64,000 bases of DNA, from contig NC_134027.1 of NCBI RefSeq assembly GCF_964204645.1, positions 14,230,485 through 14,294,484 on the forward strand, in the 5' to 3' direction. This stretch comes from Tubulanus polymorphus. Its lineage: Eukaryota; Animalia; Nemertea. The translations under genes were made by a program, and so were the position numbers. Shown in pieces: positions 24,569 through 36,875 of this stretch; position 1 is the stretch's first letter, and every line of letters starts with the position of its first letter. The notes under the pieces are model-generated. The model did not search any database. It was not told the DNA's origin and was given only the letters and a program-made list of their open reading frames with translations.

Positions 24569-27500
24569 CTGCCCTAATTTGACAAAATGCTGTATGTCCG
24601 ACACCCCATATTTTTTCTAATTCAACATTTTTGTTTTTTCCACAGCCATCCTACAATATATGTCAGAGATGTTCACAAATGGGTAAAAATGTGTATATAA
24701 TCATGTATTACCATGTGATAATGGTATCCTATGAAAATAATTTGTTTTTTGTTTTTTTAGAAAAAAATACATACTTCAGTTTGTCAAATTGTTTAAGTCG
24801 ACGCGTTAGATGTCGTCCTGTAGTATGTTTAAGTTACTGCATTTTGTCATAAAAAATTTAAGAGATGCCGCTTTCTGTAAAAGCAGCTATATAAAAATAA
24901 ACTAACAATATGCTTTAAGTTGAAATAAAATAATTTAATTTTAACTTTGAATAATTTCATTTGAACAATTTATCAATGAAAATACAGTATGTAATTTCTA
25001 ATAATTTATGCAGTTATGATTTCGCCAATTTAAACCATTTGAATTTTCACTGAAAAATGATTTCTAACAGTTTAGGCGGTAATTTCTCAAAACAGGGTAC
25101 ATTTCAACAATTTTTTTATTTAATAGTCTGCATCAATTAAGTCGGCCGAATTTTCACTGACAAATAATGATTGCCAAAAACTCCTGCGATTTTCAGGCAT
25201 GATTGGGCAGAGCTTGTCAATAATATCTTGCTTCTTTCTTGAAGGGATACCTCTCGGCTGGGATCGAGCTCGGGAATAAGTCTGCCCTTCAATCATCTTA
25301 GCTGCTATTTTCTTTTTCAAAAACAACCCAGACATGAATTCTTTTGCTTCATACTTCTCTTTCCAATACATGCTTACTGATTCACTTCTGAAACTAACTA
25401 TCTTCACATTTGCCAACAACGGCTTATTTGTATATTTGCCGCTGGATGTCTCATTTTCATACAAAATGAAATCAGCCGGTGACATGATTATACTTTTCCC
25501 ATAATTGTCAATAATTTTGATAAAGTCGTCAAAGTCGTAAACGTTTTTTTGGGATCTCATCCCAGTTTCGACTTTCGAATGAAAGGTATCCACACTCATG
25601 AAAGTATGGCCTTTTTCTAAGTATTTAATAGTTACTGATTCTACATTTGGGTTTACATTTGCCTCCCAACAGAGAGCCGTGTAGAGGGTCCAGTTTTTGT
25701 TTTGAGCCCCACAGTTATCACAGTAAAACTGGAAATGCTTTATATCTCTATGATCTCTAATGACTTTTATAAAGGTGCTAGAGATATCTTCGTCATTACG
25801 ACCACTCACGCCCTCATGCCAGATAATGCCCATGGGCTTAATCTTTGAATAATTTTTCCCTAGAGGTGCAAAGGTTTCATTAAAAACTACTAACCGCCGA
25901 GTAAATATTGCAGTTTTTACCCCTGGTAGTCTGGGTAACATGATTACTTTTTCAAGATCTACTGAGCATACTACTAGAGTGTCCCCATTGAAGGGTACTT
26001 CTGCATCATTTCTATACATTTCACGGGCCTTTCGAGCATTTTCTGTATGTTCCGTCCATTCACTACACAAGCTACAATCATTTGGTGAGACACAAACATG
26101 CTTTTCATGGGCCAAACAGATTTCACATTCTTCTTCGCCCAAAACAGCAAAACTAATCTTCATATCAGCCACGATACGCCTATAAGTGTCGTATGATACT
26201 TGATTGTCAGCATTTTTTATAATGTAATCCTTGTGCATCTCAGTAATGTTTATTTCGTTTGTAAGGTATCTCGTGTGAGGGGCATGTTCCCGCCTGTAGT
26301 GTGAGCAATGGGGATTGAAGGATTCTATGTGATTCTTAATCAATTGCCTTTTTTCATCTGACATTGCATGTTTAGGCGTATGCCTGCCTCTTTTATCGGG
26401 TGGTGGTGAGAATGATTCCATACCTGGAGATAGCTCACTAAGAACACTTGTCAGAATGCGATCTGATGTGTATCCCAGGGTCTTCAGGAAAAAATTCTGG
26501 CAAACCGTTTGGGATGTATTATTCACATCAGGCATGTGGAATTTTCTGTATTGTGTTTTCTTGCCGCCTAGTCGTTTTGTTGGGTATATTTTAACATGGT
26601 TGAAAACCCATGCTCTCCTCCTATCATCTTCCTCCATATCCCAAAACAATTCATGGATAACAGCTCTTCTTGCTTCAGTAAATTTTTCATTACACTTTTC
26701 ACGGGTGCATTTGCACGTTTTCAAAAGTGGATGTTCCGCCTTTAATTTAAGAAATTGATCTCTTTTGCTGAGGCGTTTTCGCTTTTTGGAACCAACAGTT
26801 TTGGCTTGTGGAGATTCATTGTCAGGTTCACCAGTAGCAGCTGCTGGGGGTTGAACTTCATTAGACTCACCGGCAACAGCGACACGTTGCACTTGCAAAT
26901 CTCCGGCAGGCTCATTATTATCAACTCGGTTTTCTGGCTCGGAAATAGAAACTTGGATAACGGGCTCACCAGTTTGGTTGGAATTGCCTATCTGTTCAGT
27001 AGGCCTTTTGGTATTTTCTGTCCATGGTTTTTTCTGTAACTCCGTGTACGTATTATTTCCTGGTGGCGAATAATTGACAATTGTTGGTTTTAAAGGCGCA
27101 GGTTTTGGGGCATCTATCACGCCTTCCTCTCTTAAAGCACTGAAAATCATTGAGAATGACAGCTGAGCCATCTTCCAAGTCCTGTAAAATAAGAGTGAAA
27201 CCTATATAAAAAGCCCTACATAAATGAGCCGATTTTGTACACTTTAGTGTCAAATTATCAGTGTATAACGGCTGTCATTTTATTTTGGTTTTTGAAACAC
27301 AGATCTTACCTTGAAATGTATTGCTCTTGTAAATGAAAGCCTAAAAAATCTTGCCTGTTCTAAAATGCTAGACCTCAAACAAAAAAATCCTTTAATTGCA
27401 ACAATTAAAGCTGTTTGATTTTATAAAAAAAACACTACTTTACTTTTACAAAATGAAGTATGTTGTCAGAAAAAATTGACAAAACGCAGTAAGTCACAAA

Positions 27501-27726
27501 CATACTTCATTTTGTCAAATTATGGATACATACTTCAGTTTGTCAACTTTAATACCAATTGCTTAGGTAACATACTGCGCTTTGTCAATTTATATCTCAA
27601 AAACTATAGGAGATATTAATTTTAGGTTTCCGCCATTGAAAAGAGCGGGTTAAGTTTACCCAGAATCCATAAAAAAGTCATTTTTTGAATTTTTCGGACA
27701 TACAGCGTTTTGTCAAATTAGGGCAG
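24569..27726 (-). mobile_element. Sola (Sola1-like) DNA transposon, apparently intact
   Basis: 33-bp TIRs CTGCCCTAATTTGACAAAA(T/C)GCTGTATGTCCGA with 1 mismatch; 4-bp TSD AGTA (a single AGTA occurs at the related empty site near 38460); subterminal CATAC..TTTGTCAA repeats. Confidence 0.85.
25120..27171 (-). CDS. Sola-type DDD transposase, 683 aa uninterrupted
   Basis: VCQNFFLKTLG, CSVDLEKVIMLP, DNCGAQNKN, KYLEKGHTFMSVDTFH motifs; putative 5'UTR intron 27183-27310 (GTAAG...TTTACAG). Confidence 0.85.
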   Translation of the reverse strand: MAQLSFSMIFSALREEGVIDAPKPAPLKPTIVNYSPPGNNTYTELQKKPWTENTKRPTEQIGNSNQTGEPVIQVSISEPENRVDNNEPAGDLQVQRVAVAGESNEVQPPAAATGEPDNESPQAKTVGSKKRKRLSKRDQFLKLKAEHPLLKTCKCTREKCNEKFTEARRAVIHELFWDMEEDDRRRAWVFNHVKIYPTKRLGGKKTQYRKFHMPDVNNTSQTVCQNFFLKTLGYTSDRILTSVLSELSPGMESFSPPPDKRGRHTPKHAMSDEKRQLIKNHIESFNPHCSHYRREHAPHTRYLTNEINITEMHKDYIIKNADNQVSYDTYRRIVADMKISFAVLGEEECEICLAHEKHVCVSPNDCSLCSEWTEHTENARKAREMYRNDAEVPFNGDTLVVCSVDLEKVIMLPRLPGVKTAIFTRRLVVFNETFAPLGKNYSKIKPMGIIWHEGVSGRNDEDISSTFIKVIRDHRDIKHFQFYCDNCGAQNKNWTLYTALCWEANVNPNVESVTIKYLEKGHTFMSVDTFHSKVETGMRSQKNVYDFDDFIKIIDNYGKSIIMSPADFILYENETSSGKYTNKPLLANVKIVSFRSESVSMYWKEKYEAKEFMSGLFLKKKIAAKMIEGQTYSRARSQPRGIPSRKKQDIIDKLCPIMPENRRSFWQSLFVSENSADLIDADY

Positions 27727-29433
27727 AGTAGTGATATTTTTATCTCTTCTTTCTACGAATCGATTGTTGAATTTAGGACATTGCTCGACTGAACGCAACT
27801 GAGGAATTTTTATCGCCTAGTTTGTGCTGTATGTTAAAGAGCATCATATATTGCTTCGAATTCGGCAACACAAGAGCATCATATATAGGCTTTAATACTT
27901 CGAATAGTAACAAGTAACAAGAATATTGCTAGTAACAAGAATATTGCTCAACGGATTTACTTGAAACTTTCGTGAGATGTACGGAACTCAGGTACCTTGA
28001 GGTAAGTCTCAGGGATCTTTGATCTTCGTTCATCCACTAGGGGGTGTTTTACTTTTAAAAATTCTGACATCGAAAAGTTAGAGAAAATTTTTTGTCCTTG
28101 ACTTTCCAGCTTCGGGCGAGCACGAAAGTTGTTCAGGACAGCCCGGAGGCTAAAAAAGTCAATGGCACGCCCTATCTGCGATTAACCGTTTCGGCTCTAC
28201 AGGCTTGAAAATGGGACCCCAAATTTTTCAATGAGATTTTTGCTCCTAGCTCCTTAACCGTTGGAGATAGAATCGTGGTTGCAATGAGTGATCAGTAGCC
28301 CTTGACAAGACGCTTGTATCGATGTATGGTATAACTATGTAACTCATATGGTTCTCCAGTAGCGCCACCTATAAGACGCTGGAAAACGCATTTTCATCTA
28401 TATCGACTAAGAGAATCAATGGATTTCTATAAAAATTCATTCACATGTACCTGGTTACTAAATGCAACGAACCCCTCACATGATTAGTTCCTATTTTAAC
28501 CACTAGGGGGCGTAAATTTTGAAAAGTCATTTCAGCATCCATTTTTCGCATGTAATGCGGTCTGGTTATTATGAAAATCACAAAACTTGGTATAAGTACA
28601 TAGAAATGTGTGTAATATGCCAACCTGCATGATTAGTTCATACAACCTTGGAGTAATCATTTGACTGGAGAGAGCTCGCCTATTCATTCGCTATACACAC
28701 TGTGGCCTATTCATGTAGCACCACTCGCGTCGCTTAACCGGAAGCTTTACTACCAGTATGCGCAGACGGGCTCAATCGAATACGACCTATTTAACGCATG
28801 CGCAGTTGTTACAAATATGTCCGCGCCGTTGTGAAGATTTTATTGCAAAAAGAATTGTCAAAATCGACCGATATTTAAGGAAATTACAGATTTTTACCGC
28901 GCTTATCACAAACAGTACTCAATTGAATGTAAGTGAAAAAGAATTCTTCATCAAATTAAAACCCGATTCTTCCGGATAATGGCACATACATCATATTAAA
29001 GATCGAGAGTTGATGATAATGAAATAGTAAATGTCTGTGTGTTGCGCTTCGTCGCGAAATCAATATTTGTAATGAAAATTCCCTAGTTACTGTGGTGGTA
29101 ATACAATATCCTCACTGATGATAGACTTATCATTTCTGGCCATTGGCGTTGTTGCTTTGCCAGAATCAGATTCAAAACCGCTTTATCTAGTTAATTATAT
29201 TCCTAGTCTATTTGTATCTCTCAACATATTATTATTCACTTACTTTTATCTTTTTTTTTCAGTTAGACTTTTGTTATGATTGCTTGTTTTGTTTGCATGC
29301 GAGTCTGGATGGAGTGTGTCATATGATTTTGAGCTATGGAAGGTTAGCCTATCTTCAATTATTGCAAACATAGGCTTTTCATCATACAATTAACAAATAG
29401 TGTTTTTTAATATGTGCTTTTATATTTTTGTAG

Positions 29434-32422
29434 AGGAACATTCATGCATAGCTTTGTTTTGTCGGATATGTGGCCAAGAACGTGCACTGATCGCCGACGG
29501 AAAAAAACAAATAAACAAGGAAACTCATCAACGAGATATTAACCTAATATGGAAAAGTGATGTGAAAAACAATCCGTCCAGTTATCCTCCGTATTTATGT
29601 AAGTCTTGCGACTCAATAATAAGGCGATGGCGGAAACGAAAAAATTCAAAAAAGAGCCTAATAACGTTACCGTTGAAATTAACGACTGGACCGATGATAA
29701 CGTTACGTGTCATAGCTGCATCCAAAATGTTGACAGTCTTTCCCAGGAATTTCCGGACAGTTTTGTACAGAGATTTAGTGAACTATTTAACCAGAACCAA
29801 TTTTTTGTCAATGTGTCCCAGGAAAAATTAGCGGCGTCTAAAAATGTGAGCCTGAACGATTTGTGTAAATACGTTGAGATAAACAACGATTTTCAGTGTG
29901 CAGTGTGGGTCTATGGTCACGAGATTGACCTCGAGAAGTTTCGAATTCCGAAATGTGTGTCGGCTGATGAAGATTTAATGTTATTTGTGAAACTTGTATC
30001 AAGCTGGAATGTATGCGCTGGAATTGCTGGATTTTCTGATCTATGTCGATTGCGTGCTCCGACTCCAACAGCTGTTTTTACAGATCGAAGTGGTGAGACA
30101 GTTGCCAGAGAAGAAGTTAATCCAGTGCAGTGTATTCGCCATGTCAACTGTGATTATTTTTCCTTAAAGTTATTGTGTGATGCCTGTGAAGGATACAAGT
30201 CGACTCTGAGAAGTCTTAAATCTAAAGCTGAGAAGAAAGTTGAATCCAAACCGACTGCATCATCTCATCATCGAAATGTCCAGAGCAGATTTATTGATGA
30301 AAATGAAAAATGTGCAACAAAATAGACAATTTTGGAAAAAAAGAGCAAAGTCATTATCAGCAAAAATTGAGCAGGAAATTGAAAACAAAGGAGTGAATTT
30401 GAAATCTAAATTAGATAAGTCATTGAGCCAAGTCATCCAAGATAACCCTCCTACACCTGATTCAATTGCTGAATTACTCTGGCAACAGCAAGTGACATAC
30501 AACAGCAAAAGCGAAAAAAGGCAGATGCGCTGGCACCCGTTACTCATCAAATGGTGCATTGCTCTGCAAGCCACATCGAGCAAAGCGTATGATCTTCTCA
30601 GAGACTCAAAAATTCTCGATTTGCCACACAAAACAACCTTGAGAGACTATACACATCACCTAGATACGAAAATCGGATTTTCACAGCAAATCATGGAATT
30701 CATAAAAGCGGACATTTCTTTTGATTGCTTACTAACTACCCTTTGAGAAAAATGTGATCATTGCTTTTGATGAAATAAAAATCAAAGAAGGCCTAGCATA
30801 TTCTTCCGAGACTGGAGAATTAGTCGGATTTGTGAATTTTGGAGACTATTTAAATGAAATTGAGGAGTTAGATTCCGAGAACACTTCACCTGCCCATGCA
30901 ACCCATTGTATATCATTCATGGTTCGTGGTATTTTCAAACATTTGAATAATGTATTTGGATATTTCCCGTGTGTTGGGTTCACCAGTCACCAACTATACG
31001 TTTCAGTGTGGGAAGCCATAAAAATTTTGGAGATTAATGGCTTCCATGTAAGAGGCATTGTATCCGATGGAGCATCAGCTAATAGAAAATTCTATCGAAT
31101 GCATGGTTCGGAAGAATCGCCTGAAAATGATATATTCTTCTCGTCAAACCGATATCGTCCGGGATCGAAAATATACTTTTTCTGTGATGGACCTCATTTA
31201 ATGAAAACAACCCGAAATAATATAGAGAACTCGAATTGGCATAATAAGACAAGGAATTTAGAGGTAAAAATGAATGTAAAATATGTTGGCTTATTGATCT
31301 TCACGTTCATATATTCATATTTTTTCAATTATATTTCGGTACAGTTGAATGGTCTGCCTATTCAGTGGACTCAATTGATCAGATTGGTGGAAGAAGACTT
31401 GGGCATTCAAGTATTTAGAGATGAAAATGGTGATTTTCAGGAAAACAGAAACAATGTTGGCCAGTTGAGGACACTTCCACGACTGGCCGATGAACACTTA
31501 CGTTTAACACCAGGATCTCGTATGGATGTAAAGCTAGCAGCGCAGGTACAAATTCTTAATGAAACTTATCTTATATTTATTTATTTTATGATACTAGTAA
31601 AACTCTCCACGATAAATTATATTTTAGGTGCTCAGTGGCTCTGTTGCTTCAGCCCTAAAACTGAAGATTGATAAAATACATGAATCGATTTTTTGATTGC
31701 TTGAATGTGTCAAATAGTGTTGATAGTATCCGTCAACGCAATAAGTATATTGCACCATTCACAAGAGAAAACCTGGACAGATTAGATGTAAGCATAATCT
31801 CGGAGTCAGTCGTGCATTCAGTTAATAAACTTGGTTGCTAAAGATTGCAAATTTTTTATTTCTCATTTTTTTCAGTGGTTGGAGAATAAATTCATACCAT
31901 TCTTTGAAAATTGGGAAATTCGGTGTCTCCGAAAAGTCGATTTGCCAATCGGATTACGAAGAAGAATGTGTTTAAGTCGAGAAACACTTGAAGGACTGCG
32001 AATAACTGGTAAGTTTCATTGATGGATATCATATTATTTATTACATAAACAATTACACTGTATGTACATATACATAATACATTGTATGGTTTGAAATCAA
32101 AAACTATATGAAATGCTTTGTTACAGTCAAATCCGCTGTCAATTTGATTAAAGAGCTTTTGAACGAAGATGGTGTACAGTACGTATTGACAGCAAAATTT
32201 AATCAGGACCCGTTAGAAATATACTATAGCAAGGAACGTAGATGTGGAGGCTCAAATGATAACCCGTCCGTGAAAGAGTTTCAACAAAATGCAGGAAAAC
32301 TGCTTGTTGTATGTTCCAAGACAATAAAAGGTTCTGCGAGAGGAAACTGCACAATCGTTCAAGAAAATGGCGAATCAGTCATCAATTCAGCACCTATACC
32401 TAGACGAAAATCAACTCATTAA
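29434..32422 (+). pseudogene. P-element/THAP9-like transposase, spliced, several frameshifts
   Basis: RWHPLLIKWC...SKAYDLLR...LPHKTTLRDY, AFDEIKIK, ATHCISFMVRG, VSDGASANRK, CDGPHLMKTTRNN, RMDVKLAAQ|VLS, FFDCLN, NQDPLE...GGSNDNPS; GT-AG introns at 31264-31344, 31546-31627, ~31787-31875 and ~32009-32126. Confidence 0.9.
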
Positions 32423-32433
32423 ATGGTAAAAAT

Positions 32434-34076
32434 TCAATGACACTCATTCTGAGTTTTTAATTTTTTTCTTAAACATTTTTCTCGTTTTTTGGGAGTTTTA
32501 CCATCTTTCTGTGACAGGTACATGTACGCGCGACTGAAAGCATGAAGTCGCACTGTAACCCAGCAGTCAACCACTTTAGCGAACAACGAATCTTTAATTG
32601 AATCACATTCTGTATTTGCCACTAGTAATGACCAGCTTGTTTGTATTGAATCGTCATTCAAAACTGTCTCTTCAACATTTGAACGCAAATCTTGACGAAG
32701 TCTCATAACATTATTTGTCTTTAAGATTGGATTAATAATGGTTTCTAACGTTTCAAAGAACCTGTATGCAGTCGCTGACATCTCGAATAAACCCCCCCTG
32801 TTCACAATTTCTGTCCATTTCTTGGTATATACCATGAAATTTTGTGTACTTGACACTCCCGGAGACACTTTCCATAACTTTAATAAGTTCGTAAATATAT
32901 GTGCACGTTGATTTTTACATTTTCTGTAGTGATTAATCAGCTTGGCACATACATTACTACCCAAATAGTACACAACTTGCTTTTCAGTCTCTGTCAAGGT
33001 CAAATTACCTGCATTTATTTCCAGTGATTGTTTATCATAATTTGTGTACCTTTTTTTCAGAATTTCTTTAAGAAGATTTTCAAGAATTATCTGTATGAGA
33101 AAATGGTCACTACCCATGGAAGGAGTTTCTGATGCTGTTTTGAACCTTTGTATAAAATTCATGGCTGGTGCCCAAGAAGCTACTTCATGAAATTTCGAAA
33201 AGACTGCGATTTCTTTTTTTGGAAACTGTGTTTCATTGTCTCCCGCTGTCACAGCAATCCAAATTTTTTCCAAAAGTTCTGTTAACAATTGATTTAAAGT
33301 GTCTTTATAATTCGGGTTTTCAGTTAATTTTAAAACTGTGGTAGCATTTTCCAAAAGTTCCGAATTATTTATATCCGAGTTAAGAATATCCTTTACAGCA
33401 TCACAAAATAGCTGAATTTTTTCCTGTTGGAGCTCACTCAATGAATATTTTGCCTTGTCTGAAAATGAAATAATATGATGTTAAAATATTATTATTATAT
33501 ACTATATAGAGCAATTAATTATTAATATTAAATTATTATTAATGCAAAAAATAATTATTTTAAATCACCATGCGGGAATACTTACTCTGAAAGTTCTGAG
33601 TTCTTTTTTTCGTTTTTTTTTACTGTTGGAACATTTGATTTCTTCTGAGATTTTACTTGAAGCTCTTTGACTTTGTCATCCTTTATCGAATTTGAGGAGT
33701 CTTTCAGAACAGTGTGTTCAGCAGCTTGCCCTACAAGAAAGAATAAAATATCTGTACTTACAAACGATTATTTCGTGAAGATGATTAGATCCAGATGGAG
33801 AGACAGAAAATTAAGAAATGACCAACCTTTTTTGCAATTGGAACACAGAAAAACTCTGGCGTTCTCTTCCAATCGTTTTTTCAAATTCGGCACACATGGC
33901 ATATGATACCAAACTGTGCTGCAAGCGTGTGATTCACACGCAATGATATCGACCAATTCTTGAGACTGACATGAACAGTAAATTTCAAATAAATTCGAAA
34001 TATCACTGTCTTCAGATTCGGAATTATTCTCAAAATCAGATTGACTAAACCCGTACGCGATGTTATCATTCGCCAT
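32434..34076 (-). CDS. Second transposon gene: N-terminal PHD finger plus helical domain (exons 34076-33827, 33730-33586, 33458-32434)
   Basis: PHD C4HC3: YCSC...IACESHACSTVWYHMPCV...FLCSNC; canonical GT-AG introns; last exon open for 335+ aa. The exon 2/3 join is 1 nt out of phase, probably an indel in the A-runs at 33604-33621. Confidence 0.75.
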
Positions 34077-34856
34077 TTTGTCCAGTGTTATTTACTAGTT
34101 GCTAAGCGCCGAGTTACGCCGAGTGCTGACGGAAATTGCCGAAGTCGAATCCCCGCCCACTGTGTAGCAGGTGCGCGATGATTGACTGCAACTATGATAA
34201 GCTGCGCGAAATGAATAGGCGAGCTCTCTCCAGTCAAATGATTACTCCAAGATACAACTACCACCAGGGGACTGTGAAAACAACGATTTCTGCTCCTAGG
34301 TTCTTAACCGTTGCAAATAGAATCGTTGTTGGTATGTGTGGTTAGTAGCCCTTTACAAGACACTTGTATTGATGTTTGGTTTAAGTAGATAACTCATATG
34401 GTTCTCTAGGAGCGCCACCTAGAAGTTGCTGGAAATGCATTTTCATTGGTAGCTACTAAGCGGATAAAGGGATTTCTATGAAAATTGATATACATGTACC
34501 TGGATATAAGATACAACGAATCCCTAACTAACATAATTAGTTCCTATTCTAACCACTAGGGGTGTTAATGTTGAAAACTCATTCTAGCATCAGTTTTTTC
34601 GATTGTAATTCAGTAGTATGCTAACCGGCAAATTACCGGCCACTTGGGCATGGTGAAAGTACCGCATCTTCGTTATTCTCGGTGTCATTTCCCCTAACCT
34701 TGGTACATTAGAACTTTTCAGTTGTATCCCATGTAGATCAACATAGCCATGTTATCAGCTGACCCCAAGGTGGCGCTCCTTATCCAGCAAGGCATAAACC
34801 CGTTATCGCTGCTTTGCAGCTATATTTATTATTATAATAATTATTATTATTATTAT

Positions 34857-34960
34857 TAGGGTTTCTGCTGCCTTCGCAGAAACCCTATTGTATTCCTGCT
34901 GATTATTATTATTATTAGGGTTTCTGCTGCCTTCGCAGAAACCCTATTGTATTCCTGCTG

Positions 34961-35003
<43 letters not shown>

Positions 35004-36875
35004 TCTTTTTCACACCGGATCTTACTGAAAGGATATAAACAACTGCAACTTACTTTCACTGTCGGTGAAACCATTCTGTATCACAAGTACTACGCTGCAT
35101 AGACAAACACTGTACGTGATATTAATCAGAATTGCACTGTTTACTCACTGTGAGCCTCTAAACATCGAAATTTAAGCCCGATTCAAACAGTATCCATCTA
35201 CGTATGTGTATTGCCTACGTGTCATTCCCACAGCGCGTCAGTGCGTCTGTTTGTGTCAGTGTCCATATAAGCAGTGATAGAGCTGGTGTACTAGATCTGT
35301 AGTTTTTTAGTATCTTTATATATATGTGGCGCACTGAATGGGGTCAGTCTCGAGTGAACGCAACTGAGGAATTTTTGTGCCGCATATACAAGCAATAGCA
35401 TCCTTGCAGTAACTTCGCTGGATAGAGCTAATGAATGCAGCTACGGTATCTATACGCGCGAGCCTGGATGGCTATATTCTGTTAGCATTACAATATTCCT
35501 TGACGGATTTTCTTGAAACTTTTGTGAGATGTACGGATCACAGGTACCTTGAGGTAAGTCGAAGGGATCTTTGATTGGGGACCCCGTTCACCCACCAGGG
35601 GGCGTTTTACTTTTGAAAATTCTGACATCGAAAAGTTACTCTGTGAGAACAATTTTTGTCTTTGAGTTTTCAGCTTCGGCCGAGCACGAAAGTTGTTCAT
35701 AACAGCCTGGAGGCTAAAAAACTCAATGGCACGCCCTATCTGCGATTAACCGTTTGGGCTCTACGGGCTCGAAAATGGGCCCCCAAATTTTTTAATGAGA
35801 TTTTTGCTCCTAGCTCCTTAACCAGTGGAGATAGAATTGTGTTTGCAACGAGTGACCAGTAGCCCTTGCGAAGACGCTTGTATCGATGTATGGTATAACT
35901 ATATAGCTCATATAGTTCGCCAGTAGCGCCACCTATAAGACGCTGGAATACACATTTTCATCTATATCAATTAAGGGTATCAATGGATTTCTATAAAAAT
36001 TGATACACATGTACCTGGTTACTAAACGAAACGAACCCTCATATGATTAGTTCCCATTTTAACAACTAGGGTGCGTAAATTTTGAAAAATCGATTTCAGC
36101 ATCCATTTTTCGCATTTAATGCGGTCTGTTTATTGTGAAAATCACAAAACTTGGTATAAGTACAAAGACATGTGTGTAATATGCCATCCTGCATAGATAG
36201 TTCATACAACTGCCACCAGGGGACTGTGAAAACAACGATTTTTGCTCCTAGGTGCTTAACCGTTGGCGATAGAATCGAGGTTGCAATGTGTGGTTAGCAG
36301 CCCTTTTCAAGATACTTGAAGTGATGTATGGTTTAAGTAGGTAACTTATATGGTTCTTCAGGAGCGCCACCTACAATTTGCTGGAAATACATTTTTATTC
36401 ATATCTACTAAGCGGATAAAGGGATTTCTATGAAAATTGATACACGTATACCTGGATATGAGATACAACTAACCCCTCACATAATAAGTTCCTATTCTAA
36501 CCAGTAGGAGGCGTACATTTCTAAAACTCATTCTAACATCCGTTTCCTTACGTGTAATTCAGTCATTTTATGATACACCTAAACAAAAACCTGGTGTGAG
36601 TACATATACATAAGTATAGTACGCAAACCGCCAAAATTAGTTCATACAACTGCCACTGGGGAATGGTAAAAAATACTGTATCTTCGCTATTCTCGATTTC
36701 CTCTAAACTTGGTACATAAGTACTTTGCGCGTGGTAGCCCTTGTGGGTCAACGTATCCATGTCATAAGTTGACCCCTAGGTGGCGTTCCTTTCGGTGAAA
36801 TGTTTGCATGCACCCTTGTACGACATTGTATCCAGCAAGGCAGAAACCCATTATCGCTGCTTTGCAGCTATATTT
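34857..36875 (+). mobile_element. Family A Helentron-derived element, complete copy with duplicated 5' hairpin and ~440 bp internal tandem units
   Basis: 5' hairpins at 34857 and 34917, (ATT)n, internal units at ~35800-36240 and ~36240-36680, 3' GCAGAAACCCATTATCGCTGCTTTGCAGCTATATTT. Confidence 0.8.

Larger units (their letters stand above)
28647..34251. mobile_element. P-superfamily DNA transposon with two convergent genes
   Basis: ~45 bp TIRs CTTGGAGTAATCATTTGACTGGAGAGAGCTCGCCTATTCATT; 7-bp TSD ATACAAC (28640-28646, 34252-34258), single in empty-site copies (GTTCATACAACTGCCACC). Confidence 0.92.
23552..34825 (+). mobile_element. Family A Helentron-derived copy interrupted by Sola and P-like transposons
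   Basis: Segments 24262-24568, 27727-28646 and 34252-34825 are collinear with the uninterrupted copy at 34917-36875. Confidence 0.75.

Noticed and set aside
28647-34251. True RAG/ProtoRAG or Transib transposon
   Set aside because: Catalytic core motifs are P-type, the TSD is 7 bp not 5 bp, TIRs lack the CAC heptamer, and ORF2 has no Kelch repeats with its PHD at the N-terminus. The resemblance to RAG is architectural only.
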